Assembly: GCF_009914755.1 (NCBI RefSeq)
Contig: NC_060928.1
Reading direction: 5' to 3' (one strand)
Source of the DNA: the human T2T-CHM13v2.0 reference genome, Homo sapiens
Length of the DNA stretch: 64,000 nucleotides
In this document: positions 32,701 to 49,810 of the stretch, piece by piece
How the letters are laid out: each line of letters starts with the position of its first letter
How positions within the stretch are numbered: the stretch's first letter is position 1
Notes under the pieces: generated by a model
The model's database searches: none
Seen by the model: the letters and a program-made list of their open reading frames with translations, nothing else
What the model was told of the DNA's origin: nothing
Position numbers and translations under genes: made by a program

Positions 32701-32991
32701 CTTTTTGTCTCTGTTCTCTAATTAATGAAAAACATTGGGATCACATCAAGAGATATAAAAAAAATTATGCCTTTCCAAGGATTAACCTTTGTGAAATTTC
32801 AGTGTGTCTTGTTTTCTCACTATAAATCAACAGGTCTGCTGCACGAGAGTCAGAACATCACTACAAAATGAAAAACCTGCACCAGGAGAGAAGCGAGAAG
32901 GCACTGCTAAGGGACACTCGATTTACTCAAGATGGAATAAGTACAAAGTTACGTAGTCAGGAGAACTAGTACGAAAAAGGAATCAGGTCTG

Positions 32992-33528
32992 TGTCAGAGT
33001 AAAAATTGCATCTAGCAAATTTAAACAGGCAAAAAAGAGTTATTCAAGGCCAATGCAATAGAAGAGAGAGGCCAGACCTATGCCTGAGCACAGCTCCAGT
33101 GAAACAAAGGTCTGAAGAATTTTTAAAAGCCCAAGTGGGGGATCATAGGCCACCTGTGTTTGCTAATTTGCTTCACGCAAAGGTAAGGTAGGTTTTCTCT
33201 TACCTTAATGACAGGAGGTAGTTTTACACCTTTTGCAGGGGAAGTTAGTCTCCTCACTTCCCAGGGAAAAAGAGATAGGGGCATTATCTTCCCCGATGTT
33301 CCTGTTTCAAAGAGATGGCTCCCGGGTTCTTGAGAAAAACATTCTTGGGTTGTAAAACTGCAAGATGCTTTTTAAAAAACTTACATTTCAGAGGGGCAGA
33401 GAAAGAATGTACAATTACAAGTTTTCTAATGTAAATGCTCTAAGACAAGGGAGGTCAGGAGTCTAGTCAGCAAGAATCCTATTTAAAGTTTAGAGAAGTT
33501 GAAAGCAACTTTAAGGCTGTCTTGGTCA
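32992..33528 (-). mobile_element. MER67-like ERV1 solo LTR
   Basis: Minus strand begins tgaccaagacagccttaaagtt...taaacttta...cctgacctccc...cttagagcatttacattagaaaacttg. TG...CA termini; TSD tctg / actg. Confidence 0.75.
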
Positions 33529-34756
33529 ACTGCTATATAAAAACAAAAGTGAAATAAATTCATAATGGTAATTGGACCAACAAGTCTCCTGGAGGCCTTT
33601 TGTCTAATTTTTTTTCCCCCAGTAACAGGTTAGAGCCTCCTGCAAAGTGCAGTCCAGTCTTAAATGAAAAGAAAGTATTTACTCAAAGTGACCACATATA
33701 TGCTTTTTATTTTTTTTTAATTATAGGATGGTAAAAATAGGAAGGCAAATGAAAGGAATAAGTGAATGGAAACCCATAAAGTGAAGCTTTCATTCTATTT
33801 GAAACTAGGAAATGAGGTTTTTTTGGTCAAGGTGATTTCAAAGGCCAGGATTCTAAGATAGGGATTGTGTAGTCTAAATCATAGTCTTAACAGAGTTAGG
33901 TTTGTGGAAAATATTCATATAATATCCTAGAAGATTTTTAATATTTCATGTTATTGGGCCTCCGGACTTGTTGAATCAATAGGTGGGGTAAGAAAATTAT
34001 ATTTTTAGTAGCTCCAAGTTTATAACACGTGAGAACTCATGTTCTAAACTTTGTAGATTGGGGAACTATTGTAAGAAAAGAAATTTAAGAGATTTGCATG
34101 GGGTTTTGTGATTATTATATAGTTCTAAAAAATAGCAACTAAGAAAAATATAAATACTGACCCTTGAAAGTTGTTAATTAAAATTAAGAAGTAAAGCTAG
34201 TGGGCTCTTTTAGTTAAAAGCAATTATTTCCCTCAAATACACTTATTTCTTTTTTATTTATTTATTTATTTATTTTTTTAAATTATACTTTAAGTTTTAG
34301 GGTACATGTGCACATTGTGCAGGTTAGTTACATATGTATACATAAGCCATGCTGGTGCGCTGCACCCACTAACTCGTCATCTAGCATTAGGTATATCTCC
34401 CAATGCTATCCCTCCCCCCTCCCCCCACCCCACCACAGTCACCAGAGTGTGATATTCCCCTTCCTGTGTCCATGTGATGTCATTGTTCAATTCCCACCTA
34501 TGAGTGAGAATATGCGGTGTTTGGTTTTTTGTTCTTGCGATAGTTTACTGAGAATGATGATTTCCAATTTCATCCATGTCCCTACAAAGGACATGAACTC
34601 ATCATTTTTTATGGCTGCATAGTATTCCATGGTGTATATGTGCCACATTTTCTTAATCCAGTCTATCATTGTTGGACATTTGGGTTGGTTCCAAGTCTTT
34701 GCTATTGTGAATAATGCCGCAATAAGCATACGTGTGCATGTGTCTTTATAGCAGCA

Positions 34757-38341
<3,585 letters not shown>

Positions 38342-38377
38342 TTAGTTGATGCAGTTTCTTCCTAGTCTCAATGGTCT

Positions 38378-39394
38378 TTACATTTTGGCATGATTTTGCA
38401 GCGGCTGGTACCGGTTGTTCCTTTCCATGTTTAGTTCTTCCTTCAGGAGCTCTTTTAGGGCAGGCCTGGTGGTGACAAAATCTCTCAGCATTTGCTTGTC
38501 TGTAAAGTATTTTATTTCTCCTTCACTTATGAAGCTTAGTTTGGCTGGATATGAAATTCTGGGTTGAAAATTCTTTTCTTTAAGGATGTTGAATATTGGC
38601 CCCCACTCTCTTCTGGCTTGTAGGGTTTCTGCCGAGAGATCCGCTGTTAGTCTGATGGGCTTCCCTTTGAGGGTAACCCGACCTTTCTCTCTGGCTGCCC
38701 TTAACATTTTTTCCTTCATTTCAACTTTGGTGAATCGGACAATTATGTGTCTTGGAGTTGCTCTTCCCGAGGAGTATCTTTGTGGTGTTCTCTGTATTTC
38801 CTGAATCTGAACATCGGCCTGCCTTGCTAGATTGGGGAAGTTCTCCTGGATAATATCCTGCAGAGTGTTTTCCAACTTGGTTCTATTCTCCGCATCACTT
38901 TCAGGTACACCAATCAGACATAGATTTGGTCTTTTCACATAGTCCCATATTTCTTGGAGGCTTTGCTCATTTCTTTTTATTCTTTTTTCTCTAAACCTCC
39001 CTTCTCGCTTCATTTCATTCATTTCATCTTCCATCGCTGATACCCTTTCTTCCAGTTGATCGCATCGGCTCCTGAGGTTTCTGCATTCTTCACGTAGTTC
39101 TCGAGCCTTGGTTTTCAGCTCCATCAGCTCCTTTAAGCACTTCTCTGTATTGGTTATTCTAGTTATACATTCTTCTAAATTTTTTTCAAAGTTTTCATCT
39201 TCTTTGTCTTTGGTTTGAATGTCCTCCCGTAGCTCAGAGTAATTTGATCGTCTGAAGCCTTCCTCTCTCAGCTCATCAAAATCATTCTCCATCCAGCTTT
39301 GTTCCGTTGCTGGTGAGGAACTGCGTTCCTTTGGAGGAGGAGAGGCGCTCTGCGTTTTAGAGTTTCCAGTTTTTCTGTTCTGTTTTTTCCCCAT
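38378..39394 (-). CDS. L1-ORF1: LINE-1 ORF1p (338 aa, open; carries R159C and R210G)
   Basis: MGKKQNRKTGNSKTQSASPPPKERSSSP...QARREWG...QNHAKM at full canonical length. Confidence 0.95.
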   Translation of the reverse strand: MGKKQNRKTGNSKTQSASPPPKERSSSPATEQSWMENDFDELREEGFRRSNYSELREDIQTKDKEDENFEKNLEECITRITNTEKCLKELMELKTKARELREECRNLRSRCDQLEERVSAMEDEMNEMKREGRFREKRIKRNEQSLQEIWDYVKRPNLCLIGVPESDAENRTKLENTLQDIIQENFPNLARQADVQIQEIQRTPQRYSSGRATPRHIIVRFTKVEMKEKMLRAAREKGRVTLKGKPIRLTADLSAETLQARREWGPIFNILKEKNFQPRISYPAKLSFISEGEIKYFTDKQMLRDFVTTRPALKELLKEELNMERNNRYQPLQNHAKM

Positions 39395-40300
39395 CTTTGT
39401 GGTTTTATCTACTTTTGGTCTTTGATGATGATGATGTACAGATGGGTTTTTGGTGTGGATGTCCTTTCTGTTTGTTAGTTTTCCTTCTAACAGACAGGAC
39501 CCTCAGCTGCAGGTCTGTTGGAATACCCTGCCGTGTGAGGTGTCAGTGTGCCCCTTCTGGGGGGTGCCTCCCAGTTAGGCTGCTCGGGGGTCAGGGGTCA
39601 GGGACCCACTTGAGGAGGCAGTCTGCCCATTCTCAGATCTCCAGCTGCGTGCTGGGAGAACCACTGCTCTCTTCAAAGCTGTCAGACAGGGACATTTAAG
39701 TCTGCAGAGGTTACTGCTGTCTTTTTGTTTGTCTGTGCCCTGCCCCCAGAGGTGGAGCCTACAGAGGCAGGCAGGCCTCCTTGAGCTGTGGTGGGCTCCA
39801 CCCAGTTTGAGCTTCCAGGCTGCTTTGTTTACCTAATCAAGCCTGGGCAATGGCGGGCGCCCCTCCCCCAGCCTCGCTGCCGCCTTGCAGTTTGATCCCA
39901 GACTGCTGTGCTAGCAATCAGCGAGATTCCGTGGGCGTAGGACCCTCCGAGCCAGGTGTGGGATATAGCCTCGTGGTGCACCGTTTTTTAAGCCGGTCTG
40001 AAAAGCCCAATATTCGGGTGGGAGTGACCCGATTTTCCAGGTGCGTCCGTCACCCCTTTCTTTGACTCGGAAAGGGAGCTCCCTGACCCCTTGCGCTTCC
40101 CAGGTGAGGCAATGCCTCGCCCTGCTTCGGCTCGCGCACGGTGCGCGCACCCACTGTCCTGCGCCCACTGTCTGGCACTCCCTAGTGAGATGAACCCGGT
40201 ACCTCAGATGGAAATGCAGAAATCACCGTCTTCTGCGTCGCTCACGCTGGGAGCTGTAGACCGGAGCTGTTCCTATTCGGCCATCTTGGCTCCTCCCCCC
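39395..40300. promoter_or_regulatory. L1 5' UTR: CpG-rich internal sense promoter (minus), antisense promoter (plus), YY1 site at about 40278-40290
   Basis: The only CpG-dense stretch in the window; minus strand reads gccaagatggccg. Confidence 0.85.
39850..40065 (+). CDS. L1-ORF0: LINE-1 antisense ORF0 (71 aa, open)
   Basis: MAGAPPPASLPPCSL...GVTRFSRCVRHPFL lies antisense within the 5' UTR, with canonical length and Kozak context gcaATGG. Confidence 0.88.
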   Translation: MAGAPPPASLPPCSLIPDCCASNQRDSVGVGPSEPGVGYSLVVHRFLSRSEKPNIRVGVTRFSRCVRHPFL

Positions 40301-40329
40301 CAAATACACTTATTTCAAGCAAAACAATT

Positions 40330-41040
40330 ATAATAAATATAGGCAGAAATGTCTTTGGAAAGTGTCCTAACTTTAGTGGAATGGTTTTAACAGCTCACTG
40401 TTTATAATTTTTTTGGCTGTGGTACAATTGAACTTTTTGATTACTTGTTTCTACTCATAGACTTCTTTGATTCTATGATGGAGAGTACTCTGCACAAACA
40501 TATTTAATATGGATGTCAAGATTCCATCATTATTGGTTGGCAAGATCTTTAAGTATGCATTTAAATGTTCTTTTACATTAGGCTCAGTAATTTTCATCAT
40601 TTCATTGTTTCTTTTATTTCCCTAAATGATTCTCTGTGATTTTGTTATACAATGATCAGTTTATAAATCATTTCTAAGAATCAACAATAATTGATAAAAG
40701 TGAGGAATCCATAGCTTCTTTTTCATGTGATCATGTTTTTGGCAATGTTTTCCATATTCTTTTTTGTTATTAGTTGCTCATGTGTTGTCTGCTTTTGGAA
40801 TCTTGAGCACATTAGGCTTTTAGACTTAAAAAAAATCAAAGAACTTATTTTTGTCAACATAAAAGCTTTTAGTTCAATTTGCCCATTTTGCATAATTTCA
40901 TTGAAAAGCTGTTCTCCTATTCTGTCAATCTCCATCACTTTTGTTTGAAGCATCTGGTATAACAGCTGTCTCAGTCTTTTGCTTTCCTCCTTCCTTTTCC
41001 TTCGTATTCCTTCCATTTCTATCATATCCCTCGCTTGTCA
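40330..41040 (-). mobile_element. Possible ancient L1M/HAL1 relic
   Basis: The minus ORF has EQLFNEIMQN (compare L1 ORF1 xxIFKEIMxENF). Near 40350-40420 the minus strand resembles the ORF2 [16 protein letters not shown] segment. Confidence 0.35.
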
Positions 41041-43254
41041 TGCCTCAGTGTCTTTATCTTGTATCCTAAAATGACTCTTTTAAAAACACTCCCAAGTACT
41101 GTTCCTATTGGAATTAGACTGCTGTTTTTTTCTTCCAGAAATTATCAGGATTCAATTGCCAGTATGTGTACATATATGTAATATAGTTATATGTAAGTAT
41201 ATGTAATAAAATAAAAATCAAGGGCAAGTTAATCAATTGTTGGCATCCAAAATTTTAGAAAGGTGTCATGGAATTTTGACTGTGTTGCTAGGAATTCTGC
41301 AATATCAAGTTCTTTATGATCCTCAACTCTCTATTTTATAATTTAATATTAAAAACGTTATGAGGGATTTTGTGAGGTGGATATAATACATATTCCTTCT
41401 GTACCAAGGACTTTGAGGACTATTAGAAAAAATAAATGTATGTAATTGAAATTTTGCTTTTCTACACATATAGCTTATGTTTATAAAGTTCAGTTAACTT
41501 AAACATAGTGTGTTCTAGAGAGAAATGCTTTGGAATCTTCTGTATTTTTTTAAATTTTTTAAATTTTTTTAGTCAACTAGGTCATTCTTATTGGTCCACG
41601 CCATCTCTTGCCTCCAGCCAATAAATATATATTCAGGTAGTTGCCAATGACAGAAATACAAAGGCTAAATTGGTGCCTTTGCTGCTGAAGAGATTTGATT
41701 TCTTTCTATTGCTCCTCTTGATCTTGCTAGGTAAATAATTTGTACAAAAACTGGGTCTTGTTTCTTTTGTCAATGGTTAAATATTTGTATTTTAAATAAT
41801 TTACCAGGTATATAAAGTAGAATAGGAAAAATATAGCCAAGTTTTTTACACGCAGTGATATCAAATGACATTTCCGTTGCAGCACATGCTGTGAGCCCGT
41901 GTCTTGTGTACATGAGCAGAGGGATAATTTCTTTCTGACACAGTAGGACTGATAGTTACCAGTTCTAATTATCTGTAGAAAATATTTCAGGCACAATGTA
42001 CCAAGTTAAACACTTCACATGAACATGTGTAATTGAAGGTATGCAGGGCTTACAACATACAACAGATGTAGTTTGACATAAATTCTAGAATGCAGAAAGT
42101 CAGCTGAAAACATGTTAAAGCTTCAATAAATGCAGTATCCTTAACAAAAGCACTGCCTATAAGTGTGACAAATAATAGCAGCTGGCTTTTCAAAAGGCAG
42201 GAACCAGGCAGCAGGGCTCTTGAGCACAGAAGCAGACAGCCCACAGGTAGCTTCATTTTATTAGGTTAATTGACAAAATTGTTTTTAATTAAATTAATTA
42301 AAGATGGGTTGGTTCCCCCCAAGGTGTGTCTGTAAAAGTGCTGAATAGGCTGTTGAAGGCAGTTACTTGAACTCATGCTCATGTTTAGTGAAGTTAAATT
42401 CCTATTTTCAATAGCTGAGTTTGGAAAGAAAATATAAATCAGGGAATGTTTGTTGCATTTCGTTTCTTTTCTTTTCTCTTGACAGCTCATTTCAGTCCAT
42501 TGTAGCACTAGTACATGTCCTAGATAAAGCTGAAATGTACATATTAACACATATGAATATGTTACATATGTAAACTGCAGTAGGTTCATGGCTCTTGCAG
42601 GTTTGATGTGTATGATTTGGGGTATCCATGAGCAGTCCTGAAGGACCATGGTGTAACTTTACATTTGTGATACCATCCAGATGAACACTTAAACCAGTCA
42701 CCTAGTTGATGTATAGAGCTAGATAAATCATCCAGAATGCATGTGAAGGCAGTATGGGATATGCAAGAAATAAAATTGTGAGCAAAAGTCAGTGTCTACT
42801 CTGCTTTCAAGATTTTGCAGCCTAGAAGAAATCATCCTCCCTCATTTTATCTCTACCATCATCTTGCATGCATTAACCATTAGGTACCATTAGGAACAAA
42901 ATGCTTTGAAAAGAAAGCTCCTTCTTAGTTGTGACGGAAATTAGGATTTATAAAAAAAAAAAGTGTATTTGAACGTCTTGAAATATCCTATTAATCGTTA
43001 GTGCTGTGCACTATTACTATTGTTATATTCAATTATCAGTTTATTAGAATAGTTTCCAAATACTGTACTATAAAGCCCAGAGGATCGGGTCAAAGCGAGG
43101 AAGCCAGTGGTTAGAGGAGACAGTGAGGGAAAGGTTGGGGAAAATATTACAGTAAAAATAGTTCATGATCTGGAAGAATTCCAGAGGATATCCATATTTC
43201 TATGGTGGTGTTTTACTCTATGTCCAAATGTCCAAGCTGGCATACATATATTGG

Positions 43255-44005
43255 CTTGTATGGCTTATATTACACATATATATGTGTGTGTCTGTGTGTG
43301 TGGGTTCATAATATATTTAAACATAAATGTATTTATTTAAAAATGTAAGTATATATAAAATATATACATTGGAAATACTGTAAATATATATGTGTATGTT
43401 TATAAATACATATATACATGCATGTATACACATATGTGTATGTATACATATATACATACATGTATACACATGTGTATGTATACATCTATACATACATGTA
43501 TACACATGTGTGTGTATACATCTATACATACATGTATACACATGTGTGTATACACATATACATACATGTATACACATGTGTGTGTATACACATATACATA
43601 CATGTATACACATGTGTGTATACACATATACATACATGTATACACATGTGTGTATACACACATACATACATGTATACACGTGTGTGTATACACACATACA
43701 TACATGTATACACGTGTGTACACACACATACATACATGTATACACATGTGTGTACACACACATACATGTATACACATGTGTGTACACACACATACATGTA
43801 TACACATGTGTGTACACACACATACATGTATACACATGTGTGTACACACACATACATGTATACACATGTGTGTACACACATACATGTATACACATGTGTG
43901 TACACACATATATGTGTGCATGTATATATACATATACATATGTGTGCATGTATATATACATACATATATATGTGTATGTATATATACATACACATATATA
44001 TAGAG
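43255..44005. repeat. Alternating purine-pyrimidine minisatellite with 30-34 bp units
   Basis: tacacatgtgtgtacacacacatacatgta occurs 4 times exactly at 43741-43860, with variant units on both sides. Confidence 0.95.
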
Positions 44006-46295
44006 AGAGAAGCTGAATTTTCAAAATGTCTATAATGTCATTACATGATATGCCATGGTAAGCCAATACATTGGAGCTACTCAGAAAAGTCAGAAGGGTT
44101 GAAACAGGTATCATAGGGCTTCTAATTTGCCTTCCCACAGGTATTACCTGGGTTCTGCCAAACACAGATAGTAAATGATTGGCTTAAAAATCTCTGAAAT
44201 GAGATTGCAGATTCACCTTTTCCAACCTCTCCAGAGCTGGCATATTGTGACCATTCACGTTTATTTATCATCATGACCATTATCTTTATTCTGACCCATT
44301 GTCCCTGTATCTCCTTCACATCCAGCCATTGGCAATACCACCATAAACATATTCGTGGCTTGTATGCACTTTATTTAATTCTGATGTTCTATTCTGAATC
44401 ATGCAATATTCTGATACAAGGAAAACTCTTTTTTCCTACTTTCTCTAATATGCTACCCATACAAGACAATGACTAAGAGATATAATTTAGAAGATGTGCC
44501 TTTTTTATAACTTAAGAGAGTTGAAGTGCTTTCCTAAAATTAGATTATAACTTGATATTTAATTTTTCATTTAGAAAGATTTTCCAAGAGGAAATTAAGA
44601 ATTATCGTAACCATGTTTGATTTTTAAATACATTCTTTCTTCATGCCTTTTTTCCAAGAAAATGACAGAAATGTTGTCTGCTGTACACTTCAGAAGAAAT
44701 GAAAAGCAGAAAACAAACCTTAAGACTGTATTCAAATTCACTCAATTTATTTAAGAAATATTTGTTTAGCACTGATCATGTACTAGGAAAATCGTTACAA
44801 AAAGACTCCTTTCTTGAGGTGTTTTGAGTCTAGTGAAGGAGACAATCAATAAACAAGAAACAAAAAAAATAGTAATTTGTATATTATATTTCTAGCAGTG
44901 CTTTGGGAAAAAAAAAATCGTTTGTGGTGTAGGGAACTTCTGGAGGACTGATATTAGGCAAGCGAGTTTGTTACACCAAATAAAGTTATTATGGTTGGAC
45001 CTGTTAAGATTGAAAAGATATTTTATTAGATTGTAATTTCAATTTCAAATACTGCATGTTTGTATGTAAAAAATAACAAAGAAAAGGTAGAACATGTAAA
45101 GCTGCTCTCTACTCCAACATCAATAAAACCATTATTCATTCTTTAGATTTTACTATACCTTTTTTAGGTTTCACCTAGATTTGGAGGGGCCTTCTAAATG
45201 ATGTTTTGTATTATCTTTCTATATGTGTCAATCTACCTACCTATCTATGTTAAAGCTGCAGAAATTTCAAATACAACTTCCCTTTATAAATGGGAAGCAC
45301 TCCACAGTGGACAATCCTTTTTAACTAGGACATGAAGGATCAGCCAATTTAGCCATTTGTCTACACAGAAAAATCTGCTGTTCTAAAAAGCGTTTCCTAA
45401 GTAAAGATTTAAAAGCCTAAAATAAAATACTTCAAACCAGGAAAACATATAACAGCTCAGGTCTTATTTTAAAGTATCTTTTTCCCGACCCCCTGAAAGA
45501 CAGATAATGCTAGTTTATTGTTTTTCTTCTTGAAATCTTCTTCTTATACATACAGTCAACTTCAGGCACTAGATTGTCTTATAAATATTAATTTATAGTT
45601 AATTAGTCGTTTTATTTGAAAGAATGCTAAAAATGTCTGGTCTGTCAAAGCATGCATAATAATTATAAGTAAACGCACCTTCACAGCCTTCATAAAGAAA
45701 TGATAGTTTAATCTTAGTACTGTCACTTCTTATTGGAATGGATGATTCCTGGCAGCTCTGTGTCAAAACGAGTTGTCAGAGGGGATTACTTCAAAGACTC
45801 AGGTTCCTAATTGACAAAACAATAAGACAGAAAGACAATCCACAGTTCAATGCATAGCCCCATTTATATGGAGTTTCCAACACTACATTCTACACAATTA
45901 GTAACTTTATATTTGAATAGAAGAAATCTTAAATTACAGACCAGGATTTGGGTCAAACCTTAGCAGTTCCTAAAGGCATGTAGTAATGTGACCTTGCTTA
46001 CATTTGATTTGTTTTGATTACCATGCAGCATGGGTGAAATTACACTTTACTACTCACAATAATTGTTATTTTATTCCAGCTCTTCTTGTACTTCCATAGT
46101 ATTGTAAAATACTTAGAAAAATATCTGGTAGATAAAAGTGGCTATCTGCTCTATTTCAAATCTTAACCATATACCATTAGGCACAGCATGGATGGAGATC
46201 TCCCTCCTTTCAATTATTAACAGATTTCTGTAAGGTACTAGGTAGAGCTTTGGAAGAAAACCAAAAAAAATTTTAGCTTTCAAACTAATGGTGTC

Positions 46296-46707
46296 TTTTT
46301 TTTTTTTTATTATTTATACTTTAAGTTCTGGGATACATGTGCAGAATGTGCAGGTTTGTTACATAGGTATACACGTGCCGTGGTGGTTTGCTGAACCCAT
46401 TAACCCGTCATCTACATTAGGTATTTCCCCTAATGCTATTCTTCCCCTAGCCCCAGCAACCCCGACAGGTCCCAGTATGTGATATTCCCCTCCCCGTGTC
46501 CATGTGTTCTCATTGTTCAACTCCCAGTTATGAGTGAGAACATGTGGTGTTTGGTTTTCTGTTCTTGTGTTAGTTTGCTGAGAATGATGGTTTCCAGCTT
46601 CATCCATGTCCCTGCAAAGGACATGAACTCATCCTTTTTTATGGCTGCATAGGATTCCACGGTGTATATGTGACACATTTTCTTTATCCAGTCCATCATT
46701 GATGGGC
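46296..46707 (-). mobile_element. L1PA7-like 3' fragment
   Basis: Poly(T) then tatactttaagttctgggatacatgtgcagaatgtgcaggtttgttacataggt. Confidence 0.92.
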
Positions 46708-47340
46708 TCTTTTAAACTTCTAATCCTAACACTAGAATGTGTTAGCACAATACTGTTTATATGTATATTCATTCACTCCACACAGTTACAAGGAAGGTGT
46801 TATTACTATCTTTAATGTTTAGATGATAAAATTACTCCTTAGAAAGGTTTAATTAATTGTCCTAAATCACCCAATATAAAAGTGAAAACTACGGGTTTGC
46901 ATATAAATCAGCTTGTGATGAAGGCCCACAGTTTTAATTAGGGAGCAATATTAGTTTATAATATTAATGAATATATTTTTCTTTTTAGAGAAATTCTGAC
47001 ATTCTATTCAAAGAAATTCTGGAAATTATTCAAATGAGAAGTAATCTTTTTATGTGAAGTACAAAATAAGTAAGGCTGTTTGGAAATTTTGTAAAATACA
47101 TTGATAACTAAATGCACAACTGAAATTTGAAACTCACTCTTTTCTCGATATCATGCGCCTTCCTCCTATTGTATCTCTCAGTCCTCTAATCTCCCTCAAT
47201 GTGCTCCAGTGGCTCAAGTCTCTTTATGTGTCCTGGAAAACACCAGACATAACTTAACACTGTTGATGTTGACCTTGATCACCTGGCTGAGGTAGTGTTT
47301 GTAAGGTGTGTACAAGATTAAATTTGTCTTGGAAACCTAG

Positions 47341-47730
<390 letters not shown>

Positions 47731-47998
47731 AGAGGGAGGAAAGTTTTTAATTTAAATTTTGGAACTATTGCTTTGAACGGAGTTAACAGGGGCTTTCGCT
47801 AGTTTATTTGTTTTAAGACTTCTATGAGACATTAACATGTCAATAAACATTGTGAAGTTTCAGGAAAAACATATAATATATGGTTTTCTCCACATTTATT
47901 TGGCCAAAAAGAAAAATAAACATATTTTCTATATTCTACTTATTAATGTCTAAAACTAGTCAAACTTTCTCACTTTACACATGCAGAAACTGGTATTA

Positions 47999-48322
<324 letters not shown>

Positions 48323-49644
48323 GAGCTAATTAATTTATTTACTTACTGTGTGCTGAACACTTCTTGTTGGGCAGCAGTGATACTTTATTCCCTTGATAAC
48401 AGTGGTAAACCAGACAGGGATGCTTCTTCCTACACAGCTACACATGGCTCATTACACCATGCTACCTCAAAAAGATGGGAATTTGGAAGCACAATACAAG
48501 TTAAATAGTATTGTTTAACTTTTAACTTACCTGGCCCTAAAATACAATATTGCATTGAAAAGTGTTTATTTGTCCTATGGTTGAGAATAGACACACACTT
48601 AGAAACAATTAAATAGTTACTCATTGGAATTGGCTTTACTATAAATAAAATGTTAAGGTCCAAAATAAAATTTTAAAGCATTTGTAGAAAATAAATTACG
48701 TTCCCTTTTCACTTTTCTTCCTCTGGAATATGTACTCTGCTCATCAAGGTAAAATAAAATAAAGCAAAATATATAACATAAAACAGAATTAGGACACTTC
48801 ACAAGGTGTACCTAAATAAGTGAGTGAATCAGCATACTTCTATTTGTTTGATGTAGCAGACAATTACATTATTACACTTCATAGAATAAACATAGTTAAC
48901 AAATCATGCACATTGTCTCCCTATTCCTATTCAGAGGATCACACCGTTTGACTATATTTTTTGATAAGTATTTCCATTTGCAGACTCAGAAATCAGAATT
49001 GTACTTCTGTTCATTTTGCTCCTCTCCCTAATGCTATTTAGATTAATAGGATAAATACCATTCTAAGTCATTTGCACTTGGCCAAGGTAAAGTACGTGGA
49101 ATGAAAACTTATTCTTTCCATCCAATACAGTTCTCATTGCAAGGAGAAAAAGGAGTAAATGTGGAAAATAGGGAAAAAATAAACATCTTAAGGTAATATT
49201 CTGATTCATATCATTGTTTTCATACTCACTTTATTTTAATACTAAAAAAATACTATTTATATTACCTAAACATCCTAAACCCTAAATCTTGTTTTGCAAA
49301 TGTTCTGAATTCTTTCTCCATTTACACAAACGTCACTTACAGACTAATTTTACTTTTGAACCTAAAGTCTTTTACAATTTTTTCCCTTGAGTTGGCCATG
49401 CAATATTTTTATTTATTTTTAGGTTTTATTTATTCGAGAGTTTTTTTTCAAAATTTAGGCTTAGTCTTGATAACTAATGTACATTGTTTTCAATGTAGTA
49501 AGATTGTTCTGAACATGTCATTTACCAACTCCACTCATCTCAGTTAGGTTGCCAAAGAGAACAAATGAAAGTTATAAAAAGTATTAATTATTTATATGTT
49601 ATCATGTTGTGAGTGAAACTGAACTGATTGAAATACAATAAGTC

Positions 49645-49810
49645 TAGTATAAGAATTTTGGAGTTAGAAAGAACTGAGTTGACAACTGGGTCTACTACTC
49701 ATTAACTGTGCTCTGCCCTTGACAAGTTAATACTTAACTTCAGTTCAAAATCTATAATATAAGGATGAATAGTTTTTGCAGCAATAAATTTAAAATGTAT
49801 GAAAACTTGG
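49645..49810 (+). mobile_element. MIR relic
   Basis: ttttggagttagaaagaactgagttg...tctactactcattaactgtg...cttgacaagtta. Confidence 0.55.

Noticed and set aside
34380-34390. Full-length L1 as an active L1HS-Ta element
   Set aside because: The 3' UTR has GAG rather than ACA/ACG, and ORF2 has a premature stop and F605V.
40723-41025. 100-aa ORF as a host gene exon
   Set aside because: No recognisable host protein; composition fits a decayed ancient L1/HAL1 frame better.
43317-44165. Overlapping 157-282 aa ORFs and a regular ~30-bp periodicity resembling a CRISPR array
   Set aside because: Same RY artefact. Units are contiguous low-complexity repeats with no unique spacers or cas genes, in primate DNA.
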